A stretch of 64,000 nt of DNA from the human T2T-CHM13v2.0 reference genome, Homo sapiens, in the NCBI RefSeq assembly GCF_009914755.1, contig NC_060935.1; one strand, given 5' to 3'. Below are positions 1-16,045 of this stretch, piece by piece. Position 1 is the first letter of the stretch, and each line of letters opens with the position of its first letter. The notes beneath the pieces are model-generated. The model was not told the origin of the DNA. It saw only the letters and a program-made list of their open reading frames with translations, and searched no databases. Both the position numbers and the translations under genes were made by a program.

Positions 1-79
1 TGGTAAAATAATTTCAAAGCATTATTTTCACATTTTATTTGGTTTTTATGTACGTATTTTTTTAAAGAATTTTCTTTCA

Positions 80-376
<297 letters not shown>

Positions 377-1121
377 TTAATTCTTCCTAAAAGGGAAATT
401 ACACTACTCTTTGAGACATCAAGCCTTACTGTTCTCATGGTTTTGTACCATGCCTGATGATCAAAAGTGTTTATATTGCTTGATAAAAAATAATGTCTGT
501 TTCAACTTTACTATCATTTGAACGTTACAATATCTCTAATTAGTTGAGAATGTTTTTCTTTCTTCTGAAATAAAGAGGCAATGCTTCATGTAACTTTTAG
601 AGTCCTTTAGAATGAAAACATGAATAATCACTGTTCATATTTCATATTATCATTTAAAGACTAAGGATGGTAAAGGCAAGAGTAATAGTAGGCAAGTGAC
701 CATTATGGTAATACGTAAGAGAAATGGTTGATCTACAATTGAAACATGGGCCTTAAGTTTGTTTTATATATTTAAAAACATATACCAAGTATATATCTGT
801 AAAAATAGCTTCATTAGTTAAATTTCTTGAAAATTTATTTTAATGGGATGAATCTGTGAAGTGAGGAGAGGATAGTAAAAACTATTACATGACGGAGAAA
901 GGAAAAATATTGGATTCTTTCCAACCACCATCTGCTGTCAGTTTCAGCTTCATCTATAAAACATATTTTAACATAAAATAAAGGCAATGCAAAGGTTACT
1001 ATAACTTTTCTGTTTGCAAGCAGCATTCAGAGACTATTAAGATGGGGGGGTACTCAAAATTTAGTGATCTAAATATTTTCAAGAAAAATAATGGAGTGAT
1101 TTTACAGAAATCCAGAAGTAA

Positions 1122-1270
1122 AAACCTCTGTATGCCTCAGTTATTCATTCATAAATTGGGGTGATAAATATAACCAACTTCTACTATTACTCTGAGTCTT
1201 AAATAAGTTAATGTAAGTAGAGGGCTTATAAGGACAGGTGTCATAATAAAGTCACTAAGCACTTTATTAT
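1122..1270 (+). mobile_element. MIR fragment
   Basis: AACCTCTGTATGCCTCAGTT...AAATTGGGG core similarity. Confidence 0.6.
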
Positions 1271-1721
1271 CATATGTTGTACTACTAAACTCTCCTTGGA
1301 ATTAGTCCTTCTCTATAGTGTTGTTCCACTTTGGTGAACACAAATATAAAGTTTACTCTTTAGAGTAAAGCTGAAACCATTGTAATTTTTCTAGTAATTC
1401 AGAGTATGCTCTCTGTTTCACTTTTAAACTTGAACTTAATGCTACGTCTCCTAAGTAGAATATATATATATATAATATACCTAAGCAATAAATGCCACCT
1501 TCAAATCATGTAAACAATTTTGTAATCTTGCATATATCTATCACAGGACCATACTTACTGTCTACCAAACTCCTTATGTGTTCCTGTATAGCTGTACTTT
1601 GTAATGTAAACCATTCCCAAGCAACATCTTGCCTTTCTAAACTCTCTAATTCTAGCACTTAAACTCTTTATCTAATTCTAGATTACAGTTATATACTGTA
1701 TTATATAATATAGTACCCAGT

Positions 1722-2106
1722 TGGTGTGGTTTAGAATCGTGTCCCTGACAGAATCTCATGTCGAATTGTAATCCCCAGTGTTGGAGGAGGGGCCTGGTGG
1801 GAGATGATTGGACCATGGGGGAAGATTTCCCCCTTTCTGTTCTTGTGATAGTGAATGAGTTCTCACAAGATCTGATTGTTTAAAAATGTGTAGCACCTTC
1901 CCCCACTCTGTTTTCCTCCTACTCTAGCCATGTCAGACTTGCCAGCTTCCCTTTCATCTTCCACCATGATTTTAAGTTTCCTGGGGCCTCCCCAGCCATG
2001 CCTCCTGTACAGCCTGTGGAACCAGGAGCTAATTAACCCTCTTTTCTTTATAGATTACCCAGTCTTAGGTAGTTATTTATGGCCATGCCAAGAACAGACT
2101 AATACA
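1722..2106 (+). mobile_element. MST (MSTA/B-like) MaLR solo LTR
   Basis: TGGTGTGGTTTAG...GACTAATACA ends; 5-bp TSD CCAGT/CCACT. Confidence 0.92.
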
Positions 2107-2859
2107 CCACTTATAGTTGCAGCCTAAGGAAAAAGAAGAAAAGTAATAAAGTAATGGAATGAAAGTACTACTAGACAACCCATAGCAATTCAAGTTTGAA
2201 CAAAAAGATATATGAAATACACAATTTATAGGAGACATTTTCATATAAGTTATGTGTCATTAGACTTAAGCAATATTCTGTTCACTCACTCAATATTAAC
2301 TCTCCATCTTAACAAAATATTGGGATTTTTTTAGAGTTTAAGAAAATTCGAATCTACTTTATATTAAATAAGAATTATCAGTTTGTTTTCAGTTTTTTTC
2401 TCAACCTTATTAAATCTTAGGTGACTCACATTAATTCCCCAAGTATGCATTTCTGTATTGACAAAATGAATGTGTTGTACAAATTTAACTCTTTCTAGGT
2501 TTCGACTTCTCTGAGTTTATATAATGTAAAAAGTCATTATTTTAGGGGCTCAAGGTAAACAATGAGAACAGAGGGCATTCACCTGTATACATAATCTTGG
2601 CACATCTACTCTTAGCTACTTAATTCAGTATCAAGTGAAGAACACTAACATAATTGTTTTCACTTTCTAGGCATAGTTATTTTTACTTTTACTTTTCAGT
2701 TTTCCATTTTATGGAATTAGACATTTAATAATTATTTTCATTAATAAATACATTTTTCTAAGGGTAACTATATTGTTAAAAAATCTATATTTACTCAATT
2801 ATGCTAATATGAGAAGTTTATTTTGGACTCAATCTATCACATAACTCAGTAAGTAGAGA

Positions 2860-3005
2860 TGATATGGTGGACTAAGCCTGGGCTTTGGAATATGACTGAT
2901 AAGTGCTTGAATCTTGACCCTTCCACTTTCTTAATGTCATCTTAGGTAAGGATTTTACAACTCAAGACCTACTTTTTCCTGAAGCTAAAATGGAAATAAT
3001 AGCTA
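2860..3005 (+). mobile_element. MIR fragment
   Basis: GGGCTTTGGA...TTGAATCTTGAC...AAAATGGAAATAAT. Confidence 0.55.
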
Positions 3006-4776
3006 GTCATTGGTTTGGGATTATAAGTTATAACATATTTAATTCTGACTCATGATAGCTCTTCAAAATATACTGACCTGTTTCCACTTACAATTATTTC
3101 ATAGTATAATAGGTTTATTATACATAACCATTCATTTCTTCTATGCCATTCTTAGCAAGCCATTTTCAAATACATAATCAAATAAGGCTATTCATATGTA
3201 CTACGATACTCCTCCTATTAAATATATTATTTAAGAAATACAATTTTACACAGAGCTAAATTTCTTTTAACAAATATTTGCCTAATAGGACTCATATGCC
3301 TTTCTCTGGGGAAGGGCATTATTTTATTCATTATTTACCTTTGTATTCCTGCACAAAAATTTGGTCATACTAGTCAGGGAAGCTATTATTTGATGATATA
3401 GAGGATTGCATAATATACCATTGTTGTAATAAATTGAAAGCCAATAGATATTACAAAAGATGTCTGTTATTTTTTCAGAGCAGAGGAAAAAAACCTTTCT
3501 CTCAGCTGCTATCTGTACCGTCATGCAGATTTTAGTTTTAAATTGATTGAGCCACAAATGAGCACTTCCCTAAGCTTTCAGAATTGCAGATTATTAGATC
3601 TGAGGTTCAGAAATAATTGCTTTCAGAGAGAGAATTTGTCATCTATTCAATTCCATATTTTTATGACAGCCTGTTTACTTTGGTTTAGAATTAAGGTAGC
3701 CTTATTACCTCCACTATCACTGTCTGTCACTTAACATGTCTGGCTAGGGATAAGAACTACCAACAATGCAATAAAAAAGAAGAATGCCTAAACCTCAGAG
3801 TTTATTGGGCTATTCACTTTTCACAGATACAGAGGACAAGAATAAATTTTGAAAATATGTGCAAAGAATGGAGGACTGAGAATATAACAAGGAAAACAGA
3901 GGTTTCATTAGATTTTCAGAGACCACAGTCTACATGAAAAGAACTTCAGAAAAAAAATGATGTTTTTTCTGTGTGGAAAAACGTTCAGAAGAAAATGATA
4001 GTTTGCACAGTGATAGCAGGGAGCGGCAATGACCAGGTTGAAACCTTGGGTATAATTTCTCTGCTAATGTTTCATGGGGATGAAGAAACATTGCTCTGGC
4101 TACAAGGCTGAGAGCCATCCCTTAAAAATTTTGGATCAGTAAAGAAAAAAAGAAAGAATTCTGGATCACTGATGTCAAAATTCAACTTCATGAGCTCTTC
4201 TCCAGCAGTATTGCTCTACTCATTATTCCCTGAATATGCCAAGATTTCCTGCCTCGTATATTCACGCTCAGCAACAAAATTGCATCAACTTACCAGAAGC
4301 TGTTAAGAAATCTATCTATGCTACCCCAAACCCTAAAAGGATGAATTGTATGTCAAAAAAAGCAATGCGCTTATTTATACTGGCTAATCAGCTTGTGTGA
4401 TGAGTTAGAAAGCAGTGTCACCTGAATAAGCACACATACTATTTTTGTGCAGGAAAGCCTACTTAGAAACCAAGGAGTAATATAAACACGTATTACAAGT
4501 AAGAGAGCTGGATGTATAAAAAGGTAGAGTTATGGTTGATATTAATCGAGTAAAATGGAATTATCACCACCTGATATACCCATGTCACTAATGATGTACC
4601 TTATTAAGTGCCTTAAAATTAGGTGACCACGCATCCCAGGTGTGCCAAGGAAAGTCCTGCTTTATATCTACCATCCCGGGACAACTTTAACTCAAATCTT
4701 TCCCACTTTACCCACTTTAGATTGTTAAAATATTCACCCTTATATGGTTTTGACCACAATGTGATAAATTATGACC

Positions 4777-5065
4777 TTTTTTTTTTTGACAGAGTCTCAC
4801 TCTGTCACCCAGGCTGAAGTACAGTGGTGCTATCTGGGCTCACTGCAACCTCTGCCTACTGGGTTCAAGCGACTCTCCTGCTTCAGTCTCTTTAGGAGCT
4901 TGGGCTACAGGCTTACCACCACACCTGGCTAATTTTTGTATTTTTGGTAGAGACAGGGTTTCACCACGTTGGCCAGGCTGGTCTCAAACTCCTGACCTCA
5001 GGTGATCCGCCCGCCTCGGCCTCCGAAAGTGCTGGGATTACAGGTGTGAGACACTGTGCCCGGCC
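4777..5065 (-). mobile_element. AluS SINE
   Basis: poly(T)...CCCGGCC; ATTATGAC flanks both sides (TSD). Confidence 0.97.
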
Positions 5066-5899
5066 TATTATGACTCTTTATATTTCTTTTTGCTTGCATG
5101 AGACAATGCAAGCAAATCTCTAAACATTTTTTCATGCCTGGTTACTATTAAGTGATTAAGTTTCTCTGCATTGGTAGTGTTCTCATTCCTTTATTTTCCA
5201 TGAAGACACAGACTATGATGGGACTCAGGAAGACATTAAATTTGAATTTACGACATATATATGACATACATTATTATCTGCTTGAGGTTTACCCCTTCTA
5301 TCCTCTAACTTCTCTAGGTATTTTATACTTGAATAATGCTTGATTAGTTAGATTGTGAACATCCACCTGTTAACCACCTGTTTTTCCAGGCAATATGCTC
5401 CTTTTGTGTATATTCTTCTCATTTATATTCTTAAGCCCACTTTCTCAGTGCTAGTTACTGCATCATTTTTATATGTGAAAATATTTTTCTCCCTAAGTAG
5501 TTACCTTATATCACCAAGTATCCGGTGGACAGCTCTGATTATATGCCTTGCAGATACCTAAACTCAACGTGTTGAAACCAAATTTTTTATTTTGGGTTTT
5601 CTCCAATAATTTTGAAAAAGTAAATAGTTGCACAAGCTGTTAGACTATTTAGTCTTCCCTGAACATACTTTGACAAATAAAACTCTGAGAAACGGGGAAA
5701 GTAAGGCTAAAATTAAATCAGATAGACACAATATATTTGGAAAAAACAGTCAGTTAGGGAGGCATGGAAGAAGAGATACTCTTCAGTGAGAGCCAGCATG
5801 TGGTGTTAAAGTCGGTAGGGGGGAATTATGAGCTTCAAAGCTCAATAAAAGCAGAATAAAAAAAGAAATCCATCATAGAAATAAAGACAAGACATACTG

Positions 5900-6440
5900 A
5901 AATATGTAATTTAAGAAACATTTTTGAAAATTAAAAGAAGAAAGTTGTAAGTGTGCACCACAATGCACAAAAGAGTAAGAAAGAACAGTCAACAAGATTA
6001 GGCACATTAAATTATCAGACATGTAAGATAAAGAAACATCTTTTCTAAAACTGCTCAGAATAATAATATTATTTTATATAAAATGGTTATTTCCCATGCA
6101 GATCTTACAACAATGACTATGTATGCACCAATTTAAATAAATCAATATTTATTAGTTAAAAATAAAGTATAGCAATACAATAAAACAGAGAGAAATGTCT
6201 TGTCATATAATTTAATTCATCTCCTCAGGTCATAATTGATAAAATAGACCAAAAATTAATAAGGATATATGAGACCATATATCCTAATGATGTCCTATAA
6301 ATATAAACTGTATCACTTTTTAAGTACTCCTTTAGTATTCATAAAATGTGATGCCATATTCTAAGTACCAAATAAAATTTTAATATATATAAAAACAAAA
6401 TTAATACCTGGAAATATTTATTAATCAGAGTCTAGTAAAA
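5900..6440 (+). mobile_element. Very old L1 (L1M/ME) ORF2 endonuclease-region fragment
   Basis: A-rich; ATGTATGCACCAA and AAAATAGACCAAAAATTAATAAGGATATA resemble the L1 EN region. Confidence 0.45.
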
Positions 6441-8168
6441 CTGGAGTAGAATTGTTCATAGTAGTCTCTAATGATCTCTTTGTATTTTTGTGGTATCAGT
6501 TGTACTTTTTTCTTTTTAATCTCTGATTTTTTTGTTTTGGTTTTCTCTCTCTTTTTCTTAGTCTAGGTGAAGGTTTATTGATTTTGTTTATCTTTTATAA
6601 AACCTTTTTTGATCTTTTGTTTTTTTCAGTCTTAATTTTGTTTATTTCTGTTCTGAACTTTATTATTTAGTTTCTGTATTAATTCTGCATTTTTTTCTCA
6701 CTTTTTTTGTAGTTCCTTTGGGTGCATCATTAGGTTATTTGAATTTTTTTATGGTTTTTATGTAGGTGTTTATTGTAATAAGGCCTCTTAGCACTGCTTT
6801 TGCAGTATCCCATAGGTTCTAATGTTTCTATTTGTTTTAAGAGAAACATTTTTAATTTTCTTTTATATTTTTTCATTGACTCCTTGGTTATTCAGAAACA
6901 TGTTTAATTTTAATGTATTTTTACAGTTTCCAAAGTTCCTGTTGTTGTTGAGTATAGTTTTATTTTGCTACGATCAGGAAAGGTACTTGATATAATTTTG
7001 ACTCTTAAATTTGTTGAGACTTGTTTTGTGGCCTAACAAATGGTGTATCCTGGACAGTGTTCTCTGTGCAGATGAGAAGAATGCATATTCTGGAGAAGCT
7101 GGATACAATGTTCGATAACTGTCTATTAGGACCATTTGGTCCAGAATATAGTTTAACTTCAATGTTTCTTTGTTCATTTTCTGTCTGAATGATCTCTCCA
7201 TTGACAAAAGTGGGGTGCTGAATTCCTTTAATATATTGTACTGCAGTTTATCTCTCCCTTTAGATCTATTAATATTTGCTTTATGTATTTGGGTGCTACA
7301 GTGTTGGGTACATATGTATATATGTTTATGTTTACATACACATATATATTTAGTAGTATTATATCCTTTTGCTGAGTTGACCCTTTTATCATTATGTAAT
7401 AACCTTTGATATCTCATTTTACAGTTGTTGATATAAAGTCTATTTGGTCTTATATGAGTGTAGCTACTCCTGCTTTTTTTTTTGTTTCCATTTGCATGGC
7501 ACATATTTTTTCATGCCTTCACTTTTGGCCTATGTGTGTCTTTACAGGTAAAGTGAGTTTCCATAGATGGCATATAGTAGTCACATATTTTTAATCTATT
7601 CAGCCAGTCTATGTCTTTTAATTAGAGAATTTAGTCCACTTACATCCAATGTTGCTATTGATAGTTAAGGACATACTACTGCCTTTTGTTATTTGCTTTC
7701 TGTTTTGTTTTTTTTTTTAACTCCTCTCTTTCTTCCTTTCTTATAGCTTTTCTTTGTAATTATTTGATTTTCTCTTGGAGTATGTTTTAATTTGTTGCTT
7801 TTAATTTGTAATGTCTCTATTATAGGTTTTTACTTTTTACCATGAGGCTTACAAAAAACATCCTATAGTTATAACTAGTTATTTAAAACTGATACCAATT
7901 CAACCTTGATCACAAAAAAACTATAAAACAGGTGCACACATTAATTCCTTTCTAGTCCTACATTTTGAATTTCTGACGTCACAACTTACATTTTTTATAT
8001 TTCCTGTCCCTTAAAAGTTTTTTGCAGTGATAATTTTAATATTTTGCCTTGTATTCTTCTTAAGAAGGATAAAAGTGGCTTATGCACCACCATTACAATA
8101 TTAGCATAATGATCACATTAGTGGTTTTTTCCTTCAGTTTGAAGAACTCTCTTTAACATTTCTTGTAG

Positions 8169-8758
<590 letters not shown>

Positions 8759-10460
8759 ACCAAGAATATTTTAACTCACTCATATCTGATTTGCTTCCTT
8801 TCTCTCACTGCTTTTAGGATCATCTCTTTGTCATTGAAATTTGAGAGGTTGATTATAATATGTCTTGAGATATTTTTATTTTGCTTTAATCTGATTGGTA
8901 AACTTTGATCTTCTTGCACCTGAATACTTATATATTTCTCCAGGCTTAGAAACCTCTCTATTATTATTTCTTTTAATATGTTTTCTATCCTTTTGTCTTT
9001 CTCAGTTTCCTCATTAACTCCATTAGCCCAAATATTAGAACTTTTGATGTCCTGTAGATCATGTAACCTTTATTTCTTTTCGTGTTTTGTTATTTTCTCT
9101 CTTCTGTGTATTTTCCAATCATCTGTCTTTGAGCTCATGCTTCTTTCTTCTGTCCAATCAATTCTACTGTTGATGCTCTCTACTGCATTTGTAAATTTCA
9201 TTCATGGTACTTTTCAGCTCCAAAATTGTTTGCTTTTTTGAAATTATTTCAATCTTTTTGTTAAATTTCTCTGATACATTTCTACACCGATTTCTTGTGT
9301 TTTCTTGAAGTTGTTGAGCTTCTTTAAAATAGCTATTTTGAATTCTTTGTCTCAGGGATGACAGATTTTCCTTGCTTTAGCATTGGTCTGTGTCACATTA
9401 TTTTGTATATTTGTTGAGTTCACATTCCCTGACAGTTCTTGATGCTTGTGATGACATCTGTACATTGATGAATTAGGTACCTAATGTGGTCTCAGTTGGT
9501 TTTTATTAATTTATTTTTTATTTCAATAGGTCTTTGGGGAACAGATGGTGTTTGGCTACATGAATAAGTTCTTTAATGGTGATTTCTGAGATTTTGGTGT
9601 GCCCATCACCCAAGAAGTGTACACTGCACCCATTGTGTAGTCTTTTATCACTCACCCCTTCCCACCCTTTTTCCCAAGTACCCAGAGTCCATTGTATCAT
9701 TCTTATGCCTTTGTGTCCTCATAGCTTAGCTCCCAATTATGAATGAGAACATATGATGTTTGGTTTTCCATTGCTAAGTTACTTCACTCAGAATAATAGT
9801 CTCCAGTTCCATCCAGGTTGTTGTGAATGCCATTATTTCATTCCTTTTTATGGCTGAATAGTATACCATGGTATATATATAGCATATATTCTTTATCCAC
9901 TCATTTATTGATGGGCATTTGGGCTAGTTCTATATTTTTGAAATTGCAAATTGTGCTGCTATAAACATGCATGTGCAAATATATTTTTTGTATAATGACT
10001 TCTTTTCCTCTCAGTAGATACCCAGCAGTGGGATTGCTGGATCAAATGGTAGATCTATTTGTAGTTCCTTAAGGAATCTCCACACTGTTTTCCATGGGAG
10101 TACTAGTTTACATTTCCACCAACAGTGTAAAAGTGTTCCCTTTCACTACATCCAGGCCAATATCTATTTTTTTTTTTATTTTTTGATTATGGTCATACTT
10201 GCAGGTCTAAGATGGTTTTGCATTATGATTTTGATTTGCATTTCCCTGATAATTCGTCGTGATGTTGAGTATTTTTCCTTTTGTTTGTTGGCCATTTGTA
10301 TATCTTCTTTTGAGAATTGTCTATTCGTGTCCTTAGCCCATTTTTCGATGGGATTCTTTGGTGTTTTCTCACTGATTTGTGAGTTCTTTGTAGATTCTGG
10401 ATATTAGTCCTTTCTCAGATGTATAGATTGTAAAGATTTCCTCCCACTCTGTGGGTTTTC

Positions 10461-10556
10461 TGTTAACTCTGCCATTTCTTTTGCTGTGCAGAAGCTTTTT
10501 AGTTTAATTGTTAACTCTGCTATTTCTTTTGCTGTTCAGAAGCTTTTTAGTTTAAC
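10461..10556. repeat. 48-bp tandem duplication inside L1 ORF2
   Basis: TGTTAACTCTGCCATTTC...AGTTTAAT x2 with 3 mismatches. Confidence 0.95.
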
Positions 10557-13500
10557 TAAGTCCCACCTATTTATCTTTGTTTTTCTTGCATTTGCTTTTG
10601 AGTTCTTGGTCATAAAGTTGTCGTCTAAGCCAACTTCCAGAAGAATTTTCCAATGTTACCTTCTAGAATTTTTATGGTTTCAGGTCTTGTATGTAGTCCT
10701 TGATCCATCTTGAGTTGATTTTGTATAAGGTGAGGGACGAGGATCCAATTTCATTTTCTACGTGTGGCTTGCCAATTATCCTAGCACCATTTGTTCAACA
10801 GGGTGTCCTTTCCCAACTTTGTGTTTCTGTCTTCTTTGTCGAAGATCAGTGGGCTGTAAATATTTGGCTTTATATCTGGGTTCTCTATTCTGTTCCATTG
10901 GTATACATGCTTATTTTTATGCCAGTACCATGATATTTTGGTGACTTTGGCCTTATAGCATAGTTTGAAGTCAGTTAATGTAATGCCTCCAGATTTCTTT
11001 ATTTTGCTTTGCTATGTGGGCCCAATTTTGGTTCCATATGAACTTTGGAATTGTTTTTTCTGATTCTGTAAAGAATGACAGTGGTATTTTGATGAGAATT
11101 GTCTTGAATTTGTAGATTGTTTTTGGCAGTATGATCATTTTCACAATATTGATTCTACCCATCCACAAGTATGGGATGTGTTTCCATTTGTTTGTGTCAT
11201 CTATGATTTCTTTCAGCAGTGTTTCATAGTTTTCCTTGTAGAAGTCTTTCACCTTCTTGGTTAGGTATATTTCTAAGTATTCTTTTTTTGCAGCTATTGT
11301 AAAAGGGGTTGAGTTGTTGATTTGATTCTCAGCTTGGTCACTGTTTGTATATAGCAGAGCTATTAATTTGCATACATTAATTTTATATCCAGAAACTTTG
11401 CTGAATTTATTTGCCAGTTCTAGGAGCTTTATGGAGGAGTGTTTAGGGTTTTCTAGGTATACAATCATATCATCAACAAACAGCAACAGTTTAACTTCCT
11501 CTTTACTGATTTGAATGCTCTTTATTTCTTTCTCTTTTCTGATTGCTCTGGCTAGGACTTCCAGTACTATGTTGAGTAGAAGTAGTGAAAGTGGGCATCC
11601 TTGCCTTGTTCCAATTATCCGGGAGAATGCTTTCAACTTTTCCCCATTCAGTATAATGTTGGATGTGGGTTTGTCATAGATGGATTTTATTACCTTAAGG
11701 TATGTCCTTTATATGCCAATTTTTCTGCAGGTTTTAATCATAAAGGGATGCTGGATTTTGCCAAATGCTTTTTCTGCAACTATTGAGATACTCATGTGAT
11801 TTTTGTCTTTAATTCTGCTTATGTGGTGTATCACGTTTATTGACTTGTGGATATTAAACCATCCCTGCATTCCTGGTATGAAACCCATTTGATCATGGTG
11901 GATTACTTTTGGATATGCTGTTGGGTTCTGTTAGCTAGTATTTTGTTGAGGATTTTTTGATCTATGTTCATCAGGGATATTGGTCTGTAGTTTACTTTTT
12001 TTTGTTATGTCCTTTCCTGGTTTGGTATTTGGGTGATACTGCCTTCATACAATGATTTAAGAAGGATTCCCTCTTTTTCTATCTTGTGAAATAATGTCAA
12101 CAGGATTGGTACCCATTCTTCTTTGAATGTTTGACACAATTCAGCTATAAATTTGTCTGGTTCTGGACTTTCTTTTTATGTTGGCATTTTTTTAAAATTA
12201 CCATTTCAATCTCACTGCTTTTTATTTGTCTGTTCAGAGTTTCTATATCTTCCTGGTTTAATCTAGGAAGGTTGTTTATTTCCAGGAATTTATCCATATC
12301 CTCTAGGTTTTCTGGTTTATGCATGTAAAGGTGCTTACAGGAGCCTTGAATAATCTTTTCTAATTCTGTGGTATCAGTAGTATTATCTCCTGTTTCATTT
12401 CTAATTGAGCTTATTTGCTTCTTCTCTCTTCTTGTCTTGGTTAATCTCATGAATGGTCTCTCAATTTATCTTTTCAAAGAACCAGATTTATGTTTCATTT
12501 ATATTTTGTATTGTTTTGTTGTTGTTGTTTCAATTTCATTTAGTTCTGCTCTGATCTTTATTATTTCTTTTCTTTTACTGGGTTTGGGTTTGGATTGCTC
12601 CTGTTTCTACAGTTTCATGAGGTGTGAAACACAATAGATTGTCTATTGTCTCTTTCAGTTTTTTTTTTTATGTAGGCATTTAATGCTATAAACTTTCCTC
12701 TTAGTACTACTTTTTCTGTATCCCAGAAGTTTTGATAGGCAGTGTCACTATTGTCATTAAGTTCAAAGAATTTTCAAATTTCCATCTTGATTTCATTCTT
12801 GACCTAACAATCATTCAGGAGCAGGTTATTTAATTTCCATGTATTTGCATCATTTTGAGCATCCCTTTTGGAGTTGATTTCCAATTTTATTCCACTGTGG
12901 TCTGAGAGAGTACTTGATATAGGTTTGATTTTCTTAAATTTACTGAGACTTGTTTTGTGGCCTATCATATGGTCTATCTTGGAGAATGTTCAATGTGCTG
13001 ATGAATAGAAAGTATATTCTGTAGTTGTTGGGTAGAATGTTATGTAAATATCTAGTAAGTATATTTGTTGTAGGGTATAGTTTAAGTCCATTGTTTCTTT
13101 GTTGACTTTCTGTTTTGATGACCTGTCTAGTGCTGTCAGTGGAGTATTGAAGTCCCCCACTATTATTCTGTTGCCATCTATACCTTTTTTTAGGTCTAGT
13201 AGCAATTGTTTTATAAATTTGGGAGTTCTGGTGTTAGGTGCATATATATTTAGGATTGTGATATTTTCCTGTTGGACTAGTCCTTTCATCATTATATAAT
13301 GTCCCTGTTCTTTTTAACTGCTGTTGCTTTAAAGTTTGTTTTGTCTGATATAAGAATAGCTACTCCTGCTTCTTTTTGGTGTCCATTTGCATGGAATACC
13401 TTTTTCCATCCCTTTACCTGAAGTTTATATGGGTCCTTATAAGTAAGGTGAGTCTCCTGAAGATGGCAGAAACTTGGTTGGTAAACTCTTATCCCATCTG

Positions 13501-14208
13501 CCATTCTATATATTTTAAGCAGAGAATTTAGGCCATTTACATTCTGCATTAGTATTGAGAAGTGAGATACTATTCTATTCATCATGCTATTTGTTGCCTG
13601 AATATCTTGTTTTGTTTTGTTTGTTTCATTGTGTTATTCTTATATAGGTCCTGTGAAACTTATGGTTTAAGGAGGTCCTATCTTGGTGTATTTTGAGGAT
13701 TTGCTTCAAGATTTAGAGCTCCTTTTAGCAGTTCTTGTAGTGCTGGCTTGGCAGTGGTTCATTGTCTCAGCATTTGTTTGTCTGGAAGAAAAATTGTATC
13801 TTTCTTTCATTTGTGAATCTTAGTTTAGCTGGATACAAAATTCTTGACTGATAATTGTTTTGTTTAAAGAGGCTAAAAATAGGACCCAAGTCCCTTCCAG
13901 CTTGTAGGATTTCTGCTTTTTCTGTGATAGGTTTTAGGTTTTTCCTTTGTACATTACCTGATGCTTTTGCCTCATGGCTCTTAGGATTCTTTCCTTTGTC
14001 TTGAATTTTGATAACTTGATGACTGTATGACTAGGTGATAACCTTTTTGCAATAATTTCCCAGGTATTTTTTAAGCCTTCTGTATTTGGATGATTAGATC
14101 TCTAGTAAGGCTGGGGAAGTTTTCTTCAATTATTCTCTCAAATATGTTTTCCAAACATTTTGATGTATCCAAACACCAATTATTCCTAGGTTTGGATGTT
14201 TAATATAG

Positions 14209-14838
<630 letters not shown>

Positions 14839-16045
14839 TGAATTCTTGCTCTGGAAATTCGAAGAATTCATCTTGGTTTGGATCCATTTGCTGGTGAGCT
14901 GTTGTGATTTTTTGAAGGTGTTAAAGAAGCTTGTTTTATTACCAGAATTCTTTATCTGATTCCATCACATTTGGGTGGATTATGTCAGAGAGAAGATCTG
15001 GGACTCAAGGGATGCTGCTCAGATTATCTTTTGTCCCACAGAGTGCTCCCTTGATGTGGTGCCCTCCCCCTTCCCCTAGGTATGGGGCTTCCTGAAAGCT
15101 GAACTGCAATGATTGTTTTTGCTCTTTTGGGTCCAGCCATCCATAGGAGCTACCAGGCTCTGGGCTGGTACTGGGGAGTGTCTGCAAAGTGTTCTGTGAT
15201 GTGATCCATCTTCATGTCTTTCAGCCATGGATACCAGCACCTACTCCAGTGGAGGCAGCAGGGGAGTGAAGTGGACTCTATGAGGGTCGTGGTTTGTATT
15301 TTTGTTTAGTGCACTTGTTTTGTGTTGGTTGGCCTCCAGCCAGGAAGTGGCACTTTCAAGAGCACATCAGCTGTGATTTCATAGGAAGGATGCAAACTTG
15401 CCCTATGATTGCCTGGTTAAGTATTGAGAGGCCTCAGGTGGTGGGTAGGGCCACAGAGCCTCCAAGAGATTCTGATCTTTGTCTTTGGCAACCAGGGTGG
15501 GTAGAGAAAGACCACCAGGTGGGGGCAGGGATAGGAGTGCCTGAGCTCAGACTTCCCTTGGGTGGGGATCCCTGCAGCTGCTCTAGGGGATGGAGTGTGG
15601 TTTCTAGGCCAATGGAGTTATGTTCCCAGGATGATTATGGCTGCCTCTGCTGAGTCATAAGGTCACCAGGGAAGTGTGGGAAAGCCCTCAGCCTCATCCC
15701 ACTCCCACACAGCCTGCAGTCTTTAAGGCCAATCTCATTCCCGTTGTTACCCTGGAACAGCACCAAGTCTATTTCCAGGTAGCCGGTGGCCAGGGCTGAG
15801 AAATTGCCCCAGACCACCAGTCTCTCCACTGAGAAAGTAAGCAGACACAGTTTTTCAGCATTTCGGGCAGCCTGCAGTGGAGATCCAGTTCCTTCAAAGG
15901 GTCTGTGGATTCTTTCAGCTTTCCTGGTATGTTCCTGCAGCAGTTTTGGGAGCAAAAGTTCACAATGTTACTCTCCACATCCTGCTCTGTCTGAGTGGGA
16001 GCTGCAAGCTAGTCTTGCCTCCTATCTGTTATCTTAATCTTACCT

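Noticed and set aside
5900-7500. Possible twin-primed inverted L1
   Set aside because: The plus and minus pieces cover the same EN region and differ in apparent age, so they look like independent insertions.
10971-13585. RT- and endonuclease-like ORFs
   Set aside because: Broken ORF2 of the L1PB1 copy.
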